Program-made: the position numbers and the translations under genes
Part shown: piece after piece, positions 20,746 to 30,651 of the stretch
Position numbering within the stretch: the stretch's first letter is position 1
Layout of the letters: the number at the start of each line of letters is the position of its first letter
Origin: an uncultured Gemmatimonadales bacterium
GTDB taxonomy: Bacteria; Gemmatimonadota; Gemmatimonadetes; Gemmatimonadales; GWC2-71-9
Reading direction: 5' to 3'
Assembly: GCA_963695555.1 (NCBI GenBank)
Contig: CAVOGR010000001.1
Span: 256,001-320,000 of the forward strand
Length of the DNA: 64,000 nucleotides
Notes under the pieces: model-generated
What the model was told of the DNA's origin: nothing
Seen by the model: the letters and a program-made list of their open reading frames with translations, nothing else
The model's database searches: none

Positions 20746-22062
20746 CCGTCCTACTGGGCGGCGATGGTGAGGACTCCGGTCGCGGGGATGCTGGTGACGA
20801 GGGGCTGGCCGGCGCCGAGGGTCACCGCGGGCCGGGCGGTGCGGAGCTCGGTGGCGGTGGTGTAGGTCACGATGTAGCTGCCGGCCGGGAGGCCGGTCAC
20901 GCTGAACGAGCCCCCGGCGCCGGCCTTGACCACGACTGTCCAGCGGCCGGTGGTGTTCTTGAAGGCCAGGGGCGCGAAGGTGCCGCTGGTGCTGGTGGCC
21001 TGATAGCGGACCGCGCCGAGCCGCACATCCCGGAAATATTGTTGCAGGTAGCGGGTCCGGCTGTCGGGCCGGATCACCGGCGCCGTCGGGCTGCTCACGT
21101 CGACGTGATAGTACGCCCCCCCGCCGTCATCGGTGTTGTTACACCAGCCCAGGATGAACTGCTGCCAGGCCGAGTTGCGCGCCAGGGTCAGATCCTGGTG
21201 CAGGTCCTGATAGCCACTGCCGATATGCTCCAGCATGCTGGTGCGGATCCCGGAGGCCTGGGCCCGCGCGCCGATGGTCTGCAGGTTCCCGGTGCTGACC
21301 CCGCCGTAGCGATGGTAGGCCAGGTCGGTGAGGTATTGGGTGGCCCGGGGCACCGCGATCAGCTGGTCGAAATAGGTGATGGCTCCGCCCATGTTGGCGT
21401 TGGAGGGGGCAATGAAATCGGGCCGGTACCCGGCCGCCGCCAGCCGGTCGCCCGCGGCCACCAAGGCCTGGCCGATCTGGGTCCCGGTCCACTGGGCATT
21501 GTCGGGCTCGAGCACGAGCTCCACGGCATCGGGGGTCCAGCCGTACCGGCTGGCCAGATGCTGAAACGCGACGAGGAGGAACTCGGCATACTCGGCCGGG
21601 GCCGTCTTGTGGAACAGGGTGCCCGCCCCTTGGGTGCTGAAATCGGTGTAGTTCAGGTTCACGTAGAGCTGCTCGCCCTGGGCCAAGAGCCGGGTCCGGA
21701 TCGGGGTGACCACGTTGTCGATGTAGTAGTCGAGCTCGGTGAAGTGGAAGCCGGCCGCGTTGGCGGTGGTGGGGCTGGTGTTGTCGTTGATCGTGGCGTA
21801 GCGCACGGTCCGCCACTCGGCGCGGGTGATCCGCCCCGCCTGGAGATCGGCGTAGTGGTCGGTCGGATTCTCGACGCCGCTCCGGATCGGGAGCCGCAGC
21901 CGGTTGATCCCCAGCTCGGTCACCACCCGGTCGTACAGCGGATTCCGGTAATTGGCGAAGGCGACCGGATCACACTCGTCCTGCCCCGCCTGGGCCGTCG
22001 CCTCCCAGCCCGTCATCGTCTGCAGCGCCGCCGTCGGCACCACCGCGACCACCGGCCCGCTG
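20746..22062. repeat. ~1.3 kb direct repeat, copy 3
   Basis: Near-identical to 16546-17862 at an offset of exactly 4200. Confidence 0.97.
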
Positions 22063-22433
22063 CCGGGCGGCACCACGACAACCGTCGCCGAGCCGAGCAG
22101 TCCGTCGGCGCTGGCGGTTACGGAGAAGTTGCCGGCGGTGGCCCCGGCGGTGAAGCTGCCGGACGCATTAATGGCGCCACCGGTGGCCGTCCAGGCCAGT
22201 GTTGGGCAGGCAACGGTCTTCCCGGTCGAGTCCAGGCAATCCGCGACGAAGCTCCGGGATTGACCTGGCTCCATTGCAGCTGCCTCGGGTGAGATCAGGA
22301 TGTGCGCCACGCTCGGACTGGGGCCGTTCAGGCCCGGGGCACCATCGCCGCAGCCGCCGCACGCTCCGATTCCACAGATGAGCGCGGCCAAACTGGCGCG
22401 GAATCTGCTGGTCTTACCACCCGTGAATGACAT
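20751..22433 (-). CDS. Probable lipoprotein with one Ig-like domain and a GH30-like domain (copy 3)
   Basis: Signal peptide with GIGACGGC, and the same C-terminal module as copies 1 and 2. Confidence 0.75.
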   Translation of the reverse strand: MSFTGGKTSRFRASLAALICGIGACGGCGDGAPGLNGPSPSVAHILISPEAAAMEPGQSRSFVADCLDSTGKTVACPTLAWTATGGAINASGSFTAGATAGNFSVTASADGLLGSATVVVVPPGSGPVVAVVPTAALQTMTGWEATAQAGQDECDPVAFANYRNPLYDRVVTELGINRLRLPIRSGVENPTDHYADLQAGRITRAEWRTVRYATINDNTSPTTANAAGFHFTELDYYIDNVVTPIRTRLLAQGEQLYVNLNYTDFSTQGAGTLFHKTAPAEYAEFLLVAFQHLASRYGWTPDAVELVLEPDNAQWTGTQIGQALVAAGDRLAAAGYRPDFIAPSNANMGGAITYFDQLIAVPRATQYLTDLAYHRYGGVSTGNLQTIGARAQASGIRTSMLEHIGSGYQDLHQDLTLARNSAWQQFILGWCNNTDDGGGAYYHVDVSSPTAPVIRPDSRTRYLQQYFRDVRLGAVRYQATSTSGTFAPLAFKNTTGRWTVVVKAGAGGSFSVTGLPAGSYIVTYTTATELRTARPAVTLGAGQPLVTSIPATGVLTIAAQ

Positions 22434-22529
22434 CGAACTTCCTTGTTTCTCGACCTGAAGAGCCGTAAGCTTGGCTCCCAGATGGCCTCAAGTCAATCCC
22501 AGTTTTCACGGCAACGTCATGGAGATTCG

Positions 22530-23429
22530 GTGAACGAGCTAGCACGCGAGAGGTCCACTTGGCGTGACGTGATTCTGCTGGCACGACCGCAGCAGTGGGT
22601 CAAGAACGGCTTCGTTCTGGCGCCGCTCTTGTTCTCGGGGCGAGTCCGGGAGCCGGAGGCAATCGGACTCGCGAGCGGAGCCCTCCTCGCCTTCTGTCTC
22701 GCGGCCAGTTCGGTGTACATGGTCAACGACGTAGTCGACCGCGTCACGGATCAGGCCCACCCCGCCAAACGACATCGGCCCGTAGCTGCGGGCCGTATTT
22801 CGACTCACACTGCACTCGGTATCGGGCTGGCACTGGCGCTCGCCGCGATCTTCCTGGCCTGGGCCGTGCACCCCACCCTGGTCGTGGTGGTCGCGTCGTA
22901 CCTCGGCCTGAACGTGCTGTACACCTTTCGACTCAAACAGGTGGTCATCCTCGACGTCTTTGCGATTGCCGTGTTCTTCCTGCTGCGGCTCCTGGCCGGC
23001 TCTGTTGCCATCGACGTCAGGCCGTCGATCTGGCTCATCCTGTGTGGCGGGCTGCTCGCCCTCTTTCTTGGCTTCGCCAAACGTCGCCACGAGTTGTTGC
23101 TGCTGGGCGATGAGTCGACCGATCACCGGAGCGTTCTCTCGGAATACAGCACCGCATTCCTGGATCAGATGTCCACCGTGCTCCTGGCGGTGACCGTTGT
23201 CACCTACATCATGTACACCGTGTCCACGGAAAAGGTGGGGGAAATTGGCTCCTACGCGCTGGTGTACAGCACCGGCTTCGTCCTCTATGGCGTATTCCGA
23301 TATCTGTATCTCGTCCATCAACGGGATGGCGGCAGTCCCACCGAAACCTTGCTCACCGATCGTGCGTTGCTTGCGGATGTGGTCCTCTGGGTGCTCTACT
23401 GCGGCTGGGTGATCTATCGGCCGGTCTGA
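22530..23429 (+). CDS. UbiA-family polyprenyl-phosphate phosphoribosyltransferase (DPPR synthase-like)
   Basis: RPQQWVKN, YMVNDVVD..D.AHP.K..RP.AAG and FLGFAKRRHE motifs. GTG at 22530 follows GGAG; the track ORF begins at 22443. Confidence 0.88.
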   Translation: MNELARERSTWRDVILLARPQQWVKNGFVLAPLLFSGRVREPEAIGLASGALLAFCLAASSVYMVNDVVDRVTDQAHPAKRHRPVAAGRISTHTALGIGLALALAAIFLAWAVHPTLVVVVASYLGLNVLYTFRLKQVVILDVFAIAVFFLLRLLAGSVAIDVRPSIWLILCGGLLALFLGFAKRRHELLLLGDESTDHRSVLSEYSTAFLDQMSTVLLAVTVVTYIMYTVSTEKVGEIGSYALVYSTGFVLYGVFRYLYLVHQRDGGSPTETLLTDRALLADVVLWVLYCGWVIYRPV

Positions 23430-23430
23430 C

Positions 23431-24825
23431 ACGCTCGTCGGGCGGAATTTTTTCGCCCTGGGGCTCGGCGACGCGCTGGCGCGCGGTATTGCCTTCGGCG
23501 CAACAATCTACCTGGCGCGCGTTCTCGGCGTCGGGGGATACGGGGTCGTTGCTTTAGCGGCTGCTGTCACGCTCTATCTGGCACAACTTGCCGACTTCGG
23601 GGTCGAGACCCTCGGTATCCGTGAAGTCGCCGAAGACCCCAACGCCATCGATGAGCGCGCCCCACCCATTCTCCTAGCTCGAATCCTGATCGCCGCGGGG
23701 TTGATCGTGATCACCCTGCCGGTCGCGCTGCTCGTATTGCCGCAACCGGAAGGCGCCGTGATCGCGGCCTACAGCCTGACGCTCATTCCGATCGCCGCCA
23801 GCACCCGATGGGTCCATCTTGGCCTGGAATCGGCCCGCCCGGTCGGCATAGCGCGCACCATCGGCGAGTCGGTGATGATCGTTCTGGTGCTGATCCTGGT
23901 GCAACGAACTGGCGACATCTGGTCGGTGCCGTTGGCGCAGTTTGCGGGAGAGTCGGCGGCGGCCCTCCTGCTCCTGGGCTTACTCGCGCGCCGAGGCTTT
24001 CGACTTCGAGCCGTCTGGGCCCCCGAACGGGTGCGGCCTGTGTTCCGCCGTGCCTGGCCGCTCGTAGCCCATGGGTTGCTCGGCCTTCTCATCTTCAATT
24101 CGGATCTCGTGTTCCTGCGGCTGTTTCGCGACCTCGCGAGCGTCGGGTACTACGCCGCGGGTTATACCCTCATCAGCTTTCTGTTGAACCTGGGTGTGGC
24201 CTATGGCATGGCCTTGCTGCCGACCTTGACTCGGCTCGGGGCCAGGACGACCGAGGAGCGGAATCTCTACCACACGGCCCAGGCCCAGGTATTCACGACC
24301 GGCCTTCCCGTCGCCTTGGGGGGGGCGCTTCTTGCCGTCGAACTCATGCAGCAGGTGTTCGGCCTGAGCTACTTGCCGGCAGGTGCTGCACTGAAGGTGT
24401 TGATTTGGTCGGTTCCGGTCTCGCTCTTCCGCAATGTCGCCATTTCCGCGCTGGTCGCGCGCGGCCGCCAGGACCAGGTGCTCCGGACCACCACCGGCTC
24501 CACGGTGCTGAACGTGGTGCTGAATGTTCTCCTCATCCCGCGGTACGGGATCATGGGCGCTGCGTGGGCGACTGTGGTCACGGAGCTCCTCCGCACGATC
24601 CTGGCACTCCGATTCGCGGCAGAGGAGGGCCTGGTGGTCCTGCCACTTCGCCGGCTGGGGCGGGCCACGGTGTCGGGGCTAGCCATGGTTGCGCTCCTGA
24701 TTGTGTTCCGCCCAGCGAACCTCTGGGCGGCGATTGCCTTTGGTGGGAGCGCCTACCTCGGCGTCCTGACACTGGTGGGCGGGGTGCAGTTCCGTCGCGG
24801 CCAGCTGCCAGCCCTCCGGGTCTAG
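23431..24825 (+). CDS. Wzx-type flippase (start codon uncertain)
   Basis: The frame is open from 23413 and reads TLVGRNFFALGLGDALAR..IYLARVLGVGGYG..LADFG, then NSDLVFL..VGYYAAG..NVLLIPRYGIMGAAWAT. The first ATG/GTG/TTG is only at 23701. Confidence 0.82.
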   Translation, partial: TLVGRNFFALGLGDALARGIAFGATIYLARVLGVGGYGVVALAAAVTLYLAQLADFGVETLGIREVAEDPNAIDERAPPILLARILIAAGLIVITLPVALLVLPQPEGAVIAAYSLTLIPIAASTRWVHLGLESARPVGIARTIGESVMIVLVLILVQRTGDIWSVPLAQFAGESAAALLLLGLLARRGFRLRAVWAPERVRPVFRRAWPLVAHGLLGLLIFNSDLVFLRLFRDLASVGYYAAGYTLISFLLNLGVAYGMALLPTLTRLGARTTEERNLYHTAQAQVFTTGLPVALGGALLAVELMQQVFGLSYLPAGAALKVLIWSVPVSLFRNVAISALVARGRQDQVLRTTTGSTVLNVVLNVLLIPRYGIMGAAWATVVTELLRTILALRFAAEEGLVVLPLRRLGRATVSGLAMVALLIVFRPANLWAAIAFGGSAYLGVLTLVGGVQFRRGQLPALRV

Positions 24826-24932
24826 GGTACCCCTGGCGCGCCCTTGTGGCGTCAATGCTACATAACGCTTGGCGACTGGTTGCCCTGAGGTCGATTGAGC
24901 ATCGGCGGTGTGCGGTGAATGAGGCCTACACG

Positions 24933-24948
24933 TGGTATGGCATTTGCA
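24933..24948 (+). promoter_or_regulatory. Putative sigma-54 promoter
   Basis: TGGTATG-GCAT-TTGCA closely matches TGGYAYR-N4-TTGCW; it is intergenic and upstream of the small ORF, sulfatase-fold and cys genes. Confidence 0.65.
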
Positions 24949-25078
24949 AATCGTTTGTTGACCTGTGACATTTGACGGCCTGATCGAGGGCTCGAAAGCT
25001 GTTGTCACGCTGCCCCGCTCGGAGTGTTCCGTTAATGAGCCATCACCCGCATCCTTTCGCTGACGCCTCGAGGTAACC

Positions 25079-25243
25079 GTGGGATTGAATCTGTTGAACC
25101 TTGGACTCTTCTATGTCGGGCCTGAGACCCTTCTCCCCCTCACGTCGGTCCTGGGGGCTATTGGCGGTCTCCTCATGATCTTCTGGCGTCAGGTCACGGG
25201 AGCCGTCCGTCGGGTAGTGGGTCTCTTCAGCCGGAAAACCTGA
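25079..25243 (+). CDS. Small 54-aa membrane protein with a YVGP motif (not in the ORF track)
   Basis: GAGGT RBS and GTG start. Translation: MGLNLLNLGLFYVGPETLLPLTSVLGAIGGLLMIFWRQVTGAVRRVVGLFSRKT*, i.e. a TM helix followed by a basic amphipathic tail. Confidence 0.7.
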   Translation: MGLNLLNLGLFYVGPETLLPLTSVLGAIGGLLMIFWRQVTGAVRRVVGLFSRKT

Positions 25244-25395
25244 CTGCTCGTAGTGCGAATCTGGCCCTACGGTGACTCTCTTCCTGCCTGTTTGATTTCA
25301 CCTCACCAACCCAAGCGGTGTGGTGAGCGTGGGTTCGTCGTCTCGGGTCTGTTCGGGATACCGAGAGAGCGACCGATCCAACGCGGGACCGAGCT

Positions 25396-27222
25396 GTGAC
25401 AGGCGCTGTCGGGGCACGTGAGCCTCGTCAAAGCGGTGTGCGTCCGTCACACCTCTTGGCTCTTGGCGCATGGCTGGGTTTGGCCTACGGCTTTCTGGAG
25501 GCACTCGAGTTCTTCGTTCTGGGCCTGGTGCCCGGTGCCCTTGCCTGGCGCAACGGGAACTCCGCGCCCGTCTTCCTCGTCGCGCCAGCATTCTACATGG
25601 CGCTTTATGCGTTCCTTGGCCTCCTGACAGCACTGCTTTCACGAGCGAGGCCCCAGTGGCGGTGGGACATCATCCTGGCCGCCGCGCTCGTCACGCTGTC
25701 GGGATACCTGGGCGCGAGCCTGCAGGGCCAGCTGTTCTCGCCTATGGTGTCCGTCATCTTGGGTGTTGGCATGGGCGCGGTGACCATTCGGACACTGCGC
25801 CGCCACGCGGCTCTGCTTCCCCGGGTGATTCGGTCCCTTCCATGGCTCACGGCAGGGGTCTTGGGCATCGGCGTCCTGGCGGTGGGCAGTGGTGTGGCAC
25901 GGGAACGATTGGCCCTCAGCTCACTCCCAGATCGCGCACCCGACGGGCCCAATGTGCTGGTCCTGGTCCTGGATACCCAGCGGGCCGATCATTTGGGTTT
26001 CCAGGGCTACCGCCGGCCCACGTCGCCCGCCATGGATTCCTTTGCGGCGCAGGGGACCATTTTCACGAATGCAATCAGCAACTCATCGTGGACGCTGCCA
26101 TCGCACGCTTCGCTGTTTACCGGTCGTCCGGTCAGCGAGCATCGGGCGGGTCAATTGCGCCGTCCGTTTCTCGGGCGCGCCTTTCCGACTGTGGCGGAAG
26201 CATTCACGAGGGCAGGTTATGTCACAGCGGGATTCACGGCGAATACGTTTTGGGCGGGACGCCAGACCCGGCTCAATCGCGGATTTGTCCACTGGGAGGA
26301 TTTCTATCGCAAGCCGGGTGACGCGTTGGTTCGCACCGTCCTCGGCCGGAAGATCGCCTACGAGTTCCTTCCCAAGTTCGGCCAGATCGACATTCCTGGC
26401 CGAATGCGCGCCGAGGACATCAATAATCGGCTCTTCCGATGGCTCGATCGAACCAAGCGCCGTCCGTTCTTCGCATTCCTGAACTATATGGACGTACACG
26501 GCCCGTACCTGCCACCAGCCTCCTACGCGGGACGATTTGGCGGGCCGCGCACCCACGTCGGAAAGACCATTGAACTTGGGGCCGTCACAGACGAAACAGC
26601 CCTGCCACCGCCCGAACTCCTACGGGATTGGGTCAATCAGTACGATGAGTCGATCCTGGCGCTCGATGCCGGTGTCGGCGCCTTGCTTCATGGCCTCGAG
26701 AGACGCGGCATCCTGGATAACACGGTAATCGTGCTGACCTCGGATCACGGCGAGAGTTTTGGCGAGCATGGCATGATTTATCATGGGAACGGGCTTCACC
26801 GGGATCAGGTGCATGTGCCGCTCGTTATCCGGTACCGGCCGGCCGTGGCAGCCGGTGTCCGTGAATCGCGCGCCGTGGGAATTCATCAGATCCCGGCGAC
26901 GGTCATGGAACTCGCCGGACTGCCGACGACAGCCTTTCCCGGACCCTCGCTCTTCACCGAGAGCGACGCTCCTGTCTTGGCGGAAGTCGGCTTCCGGCCG
27001 CAAGTACCAACGTCGTGGCCGACGGCACATGGGTGGGTCAAGTCACTGACGACCCGGCGCTGGCATTTTATCCTTCTCGAGAGTGGCCAGGTGGAACTCT
27101 ATGATCTCGCCGTGGACCCGGAGGAGACGACCGACTTGGCTGCTCGCCCCGAGCTTGCGGAGACGGTCGAGGAACTACGGACCCTGGTGGAACGCCGTGC
27201 GCCGGCGGATTTTCGGCCATGA
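25396..27222 (+). CDS. Membrane-anchored sulfatase-fold (alkaline phosphatase superfamily) hydrolase/transferase, Thr-type
   Basis: About 5 N-terminal TM helices, then [42 protein letters not shown] and ELYDL..DP.E. Confidence 0.85.
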   Translation: MTGAVGAREPRQSGVRPSHLLALGAWLGLAYGFLEALEFFVLGLVPGALAWRNGNSAPVFLVAPAFYMALYAFLGLLTALLSRARPQWRWDIILAAALVTLSGYLGASLQGQLFSPMVSVILGVGMGAVTIRTLRRHAALLPRVIRSLPWLTAGVLGIGVLAVGSGVARERLALSSLPDRAPDGPNVLVLVLDTQRADHLGFQGYRRPTSPAMDSFAAQGTIFTNAISNSSWTLPSHASLFTGRPVSEHRAGQLRRPFLGRAFPTVAEAFTRAGYVTAGFTANTFWAGRQTRLNRGFVHWEDFYRKPGDALVRTVLGRKIAYEFLPKFGQIDIPGRMRAEDINNRLFRWLDRTKRRPFFAFLNYMDVHGPYLPPASYAGRFGGPRTHVGKTIELGAVTDETALPPPELLRDWVNQYDESILALDAGVGALLHGLERRGILDNTVIVLTSDHGESFGEHGMIYHGNGLHRDQVHVPLVIRYRPAVAAGVRESRAVGIHQIPATVMELAGLPTTAFPGPSLFTESDAPVLAEVGFRPQVPTSWPTAHGWVKSLTTRRWHFILLESGQVELYDLAVDPEETTDLAARPELAETVEELRTLVERRAPADFRP

Positions 27223-29099
27223 AGAAAGACGGAGCGACGGGAAGAATGAAGGCTGAGCCTCGGGAAGAGACGCCATCGGTTGCCACACGCGGGGCGACCG
27301 ACACGACTCCGCTGGAGCGAATGCCCATAGTCATTGCCGGGCATGTCGATCACGGGAAGAGCACCATCATTGGTCGCCTGCTCGCGGATACGGGCTCGCT
27401 GCCCGAGGGCAAGCTCGACCAGGTGCGAGCCTCGTGCGAGCGGAATGCGAGGCCCTTCGAGTACGCATTTCTCCTGGATGCGCTCAAGGACGAACAGGCC
27501 CAAGGCATCACCATCGACTCGGCACGCGTTTTCTTTAAGTCGGACCGGCGCTACTACATCATCATCGACGCCCCAGGCCACATCGAATTCCTCAAGAACA
27601 TGGTGACTGGTGCGGCACGGGCCGAGGCCGGATTGCTCGTGATCGATGCCCAGGAGGGCGTGAAGGAAAATTCACGCCGCCATGGTTACATGATGTCGAT
27701 GCTCGGCATCCCGCAGATTGCCGTGCTGGTAAACAAGATGGACTTGGTGAAGTACGACCGCCGGGTGTTTGATGAGATCGTCGCCGAGTACGGCGCATTC
27801 CTGCAGCAGATCGACCTGCGGCCGACCTATTTCATTCCGGTCAGTGGCCGGGAGGGAGAGAATGTCGCCCACGCGGGGGCTCACATGCCTTGGTACGAGG
27901 GCTCCACGGTGCTGCAGGCGCTCGACGAATTCGCAGCCCCTCAGCCTCCGGTAGACGGGCCATTCCGGATGGCGGTCCAGGGCGTCTACAAGTTCACCCA
28001 GCACGGTGATGACCGGCGGATCGTGGCCGGGACCGTCCAGAGCGGCACCGTGCATGTCGGGGACGAGGTGGTGTTCTATCCCTCCGGCAAGAAGAGCCAC
28101 GTCCGGTCGATCGAGGCGTTTCACCGGCCCGAGCAGCACGCGGCGAGGGCCGGACAGGCAACCGGCTTCACCCTCTCGGAGCAGATCTTCGTTTCCCGCG
28201 GCGAAATCGTGGCGCGGGCGTCCGAGGCACACCCGAAGGTGACCAGCCTCATCCGGGCAAATCTGTTTTGGTTGGGGAAGGATTCGCTGATCAAGAACAG
28301 GGACTACACTCTGAAGCTGGGCACGACTCGCGTGCCGATGCGCCTGGAACAGGTCCATCGGGTAATCGACGCCTCGGATTTGAGTGCCATGGCAGACACG
28401 GACCGGATCAACCGCCACGACGTCGCGGATTGTACCCTCAAACTGAAGCGGGACATCGCGTTCGATCTCGCAGAAGATATCGCAGCCACCAGTCGGTTTG
28501 TCGTGGTGGACGGCTACGAAATCCGCGGCGGCGGCATCATCCGGGAAGCGCTCGAGGATCAGCAGGCTTGGGTGCGCGAGAAGGTGCTCCTGAGGAACTA
28601 CAAGTGGGAGCCCAGCATCATCGCGCCGGAGCATCGTGCGGAAAAATATAATCAACGCTCGACACTCATGCTCATCACCGGCGCCCAGGAAGCCGACCGG
28701 AAGTCGGTCGCCAAGGGCCTCGAGTCACGGCTCTTCGATGATGGCCGGGTGGTGTATTTCCTGGGCATCGGCAACGTGCTCTACGGCGTGGACGCCGATA
28801 TCGAGCGGACGGTCGAGAACCGGCAGGAGCATCTCCGGCGGCTGGGCGAGATTGCCAACCTGATGCTCGATGCGGGCGTCATCCTGGTTGTCACTGCCGC
28901 CGAGCTCACGCACCAGGAGCTGCAGCTGATCCGGACGTCCGTCGGCTCGGACCGGATCGAGACGGTGTGGGTCGGGGAGAACGTGACGACCGACCTTGCC
29001 TACGATATTCTTCTGTCCGAGCATGAAACCGTGGACGAGCAGGTGTTCCGTCTCAAGAGCCACCTGCAGGAAGCGGGCATCATTTACCGGCCATGGTGA
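27219..29099 (+). CDS. cysN: Sulfate adenylyltransferase GTPase subunit with a C-terminal degenerate APS-kinase-like domain
   Basis: [19 protein letters not shown] and NKMD motifs. The C-terminal domain has [11 protein letters not shown] where the P-loop would be. Confidence 0.88.
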   Translation: MKKDGATGRMKAEPREETPSVATRGATDTTPLERMPIVIAGHVDHGKSTIIGRLLADTGSLPEGKLDQVRASCERNARPFEYAFLLDALKDEQAQGITIDSARVFFKSDRRYYIIIDAPGHIEFLKNMVTGAARAEAGLLVIDAQEGVKENSRRHGYMMSMLGIPQIAVLVNKMDLVKYDRRVFDEIVAEYGAFLQQIDLRPTYFIPVSGREGENVAHAGAHMPWYEGSTVLQALDEFAAPQPPVDGPFRMAVQGVYKFTQHGDDRRIVAGTVQSGTVHVGDEVVFYPSGKKSHVRSIEAFHRPEQHAARAGQATGFTLSEQIFVSRGEIVARASEAHPKVTSLIRANLFWLGKDSLIKNRDYTLKLGTTRVPMRLEQVHRVIDASDLSAMADTDRINRHDVADCTLKLKRDIAFDLAEDIAATSRFVVVDGYEIRGGGIIREALEDQQAWVREKVLLRNYKWEPSIIAPEHRAEKYNQRSTLMLITGAQEADRKSVAKGLESRLFDDGRVVYFLGIGNVLYGVDADIERTVENRQEHLRRLGEIANLMLDAGVILVVTAAELTHQELQLIRTSVGSDRIETVWVGENVTTDLAYDILLSEHETVDEQVFRLKSHLQEAGIIYRPW

Positions 29100-29884
29100 A
29101 ACCATTGGATGCGGGAGCGATGATCGAGATCTCTCACGAGAGCCTCCAGCGGCTCGACGCAATTGCCCGGGAGGCAGGCGCCGCGACGTTGCGGCACTAC
29201 CATTCCGATACCGTGGTGGAGGAGAAGGCGGACCGTTCCCCGGTGACGGCGGCGGACCGGGAGGCACATCGAATCATACAGGCTGCGCTCATCGCGTGGG
29301 ACCCGGCGGTCCCGGTGGTGTCCGAAGAGGGAACAATTCCGGACTACAGCGTGCGCCAAGGCTGGGAACGGTTCTGGCTGGTGGATCCGCTCGACGGCAC
29401 CAAGGAGTTCTTGAAGGGGAATGGCGAGTTCACCGTGAATATCGCCCTGATCGAGCAAGGGGTTCCCGTTCTGGGCGTCGTGTTCGCACCGGCACGGGGG
29501 CTCATGTACACGGCGGGTCGGGGGCTCGGGGCGTGGAAGCGTGACGGCCAGGCAGTCGCCAGCCGAATCCAATCTCAACCACCTGAGCCTGGCACACCGC
29601 TCACGGTGGTGGAAAGCCGCTCGCATCCGTCCGACGCCCTCGAGGCCTATCTCAAGACTATCGCGGTCGGCCGCCGCGTCCAGGCGGGCAGTTCACTCAA
29701 GTTCTGTTGGGTCGCCGAGGGCAAGGCCCATGTGTACCCGAGGCTTGGGCCGACCATGGAGTGGGATGTCGCCGCTGGGGATTGTGTCTTCCGGAATTCG
29801 GCGCCCTCAGGCGAGCGTACTTCGCCGCTACGATACAACATGCCCGATCTCCGTAACCCCTCGTTCGTGATAGGGATCGACTGA
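29093..29884 (+). CDS. cysQ: 3'(2'),5'-bisphosphate nucleotidase
   Basis: [29 protein letters not shown] and TMEWDVAAG. Confidence 0.93.
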   Translation: MVKPLDAGAMIEISHESLQRLDAIAREAGAATLRHYHSDTVVEEKADRSPVTAADREAHRIIQAALIAWDPAVPVVSEEGTIPDYSVRQGWERFWLVDPLDGTKEFLKGNGEFTVNIALIEQGVPVLGVVFAPARGLMYTAGRGLGAWKRDGQAVASRIQSQPPEPGTPLTVVESRSHPSDALEAYLKTIAVGRRVQAGSSLKFCWVAEGKAHVYPRLGPTMEWDVAAGDCVFRNSAPSGERTSPLRYNMPDLRNPSFVIGID

Positions 29885-29914
29885 CGACATGCGCACACCA
29901 ATCCGGCGCCGCCG

Positions 29915-30643
29915 ATGACGGGACCGTACCGTGAATCGCATGCGCGTGCGATCGCCAAGACCATCTCGTGGCGGATTCTCGCCACGTTCACCACCACGCT
30001 CCTGGTCTGGCTGTTCACGCACGAGATCGGCCTGGCTGCCACCGTTGGAGGGTTGGAAGCGATCTCGAAGCTGGTGCTGTACTACGCCCACGAGCGTGGC
30101 TGGGATCACATCCGCTTTGGGCGGCGCGAGATCGAGCCGGCCGTCCTCTGGTTCACCGGCCTCTCGGGCTCGGGCAAGAGCACCATCGCGGAGGAGGTAT
30201 TTGCCCAGCTCAAGCGCCGCGGGTACAAGACGGAGCGCCTGGACGGCGACACGATCCGAAGCATCTTCCCGCAAACGGGGTTCACCCGCGACGAGCGTGA
30301 TGCGCACATCCGCCGGGTGGGCTATCTCGCGAGCAAGTTGGAACAGAACGGCGTGTTCGTCGTGGCATCGTTGGTATCACCGTATCAGGATTCTCGAGAC
30401 TTCGTCCGCAGCCTCTGCCGGAACTTTATCGAGGTGTATATCTCCACGCCGCTCGACGAATGCGAGCGACGTGATGTCAAGGGATTGTATGCTCGCGCTC
30501 GCCGGGGCGAGATCAAGAACTTCACCGGCATCGACGATCCGTATGAATCGCCGTCCGATGCCGAGGTCGTGATCGACACGACCAACGTCAGCGTGGACGT
30601 CGCAGCTGCGCAGGTGTTGTCACAAATACAGATACGCGGTTAG
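29915..30643 (+). CDS. cysC: Adenylyl-sulfate kinase with an N-terminal DUF2061-like membrane domain
   Basis: N-terminal [23 protein letters not shown], then [23 protein letters not shown] and FTGIDDPYE. Confidence 0.9.
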   Translation: MTGPYRESHARAIAKTISWRILATFTTTLLVWLFTHEIGLAATVGGLEAISKLVLYYAHERGWDHIRFGRREIEPAVLWFTGLSGSGKSTIAEEVFAQLKRRGYKTERLDGDTIRSIFPQTGFTRDERDAHIRRVGYLASKLEQNGVFVVASLVSPYQDSRDFVRSLCRNFIEVYISTPLDECERRDVKGLYARARRGEIKNFTGIDDPYESPSDAEVVIDTTNVSVDVAAAQVLSQIQIRG

Positions 30644-30651
30644 AGGGCTCC

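Noticed and set aside
16546..22062. Diversity-generating retroelement, shufflon or IS-driven repeat
   Set aside because: No reverse transcriptase, recombinase or transposase is in the window. The repeats are long, direct and coding, and most differences are synonymous rather than a hypervariable adenine-specific tract.
16839..22292. Long plus-strand ORFs (16839-17897, 18530-19930, 20613-22292)
   Set aside because: They are antisense shadows of the GC-rich GH30-like genes, with no recognisable motifs.
22472..22487. Sigma-54-like TGGCTCC-CAGA-TGGCC upstream of UbiA
   Set aside because: Spacing is right but the match is weak and expected by chance in GC-rich DNA.
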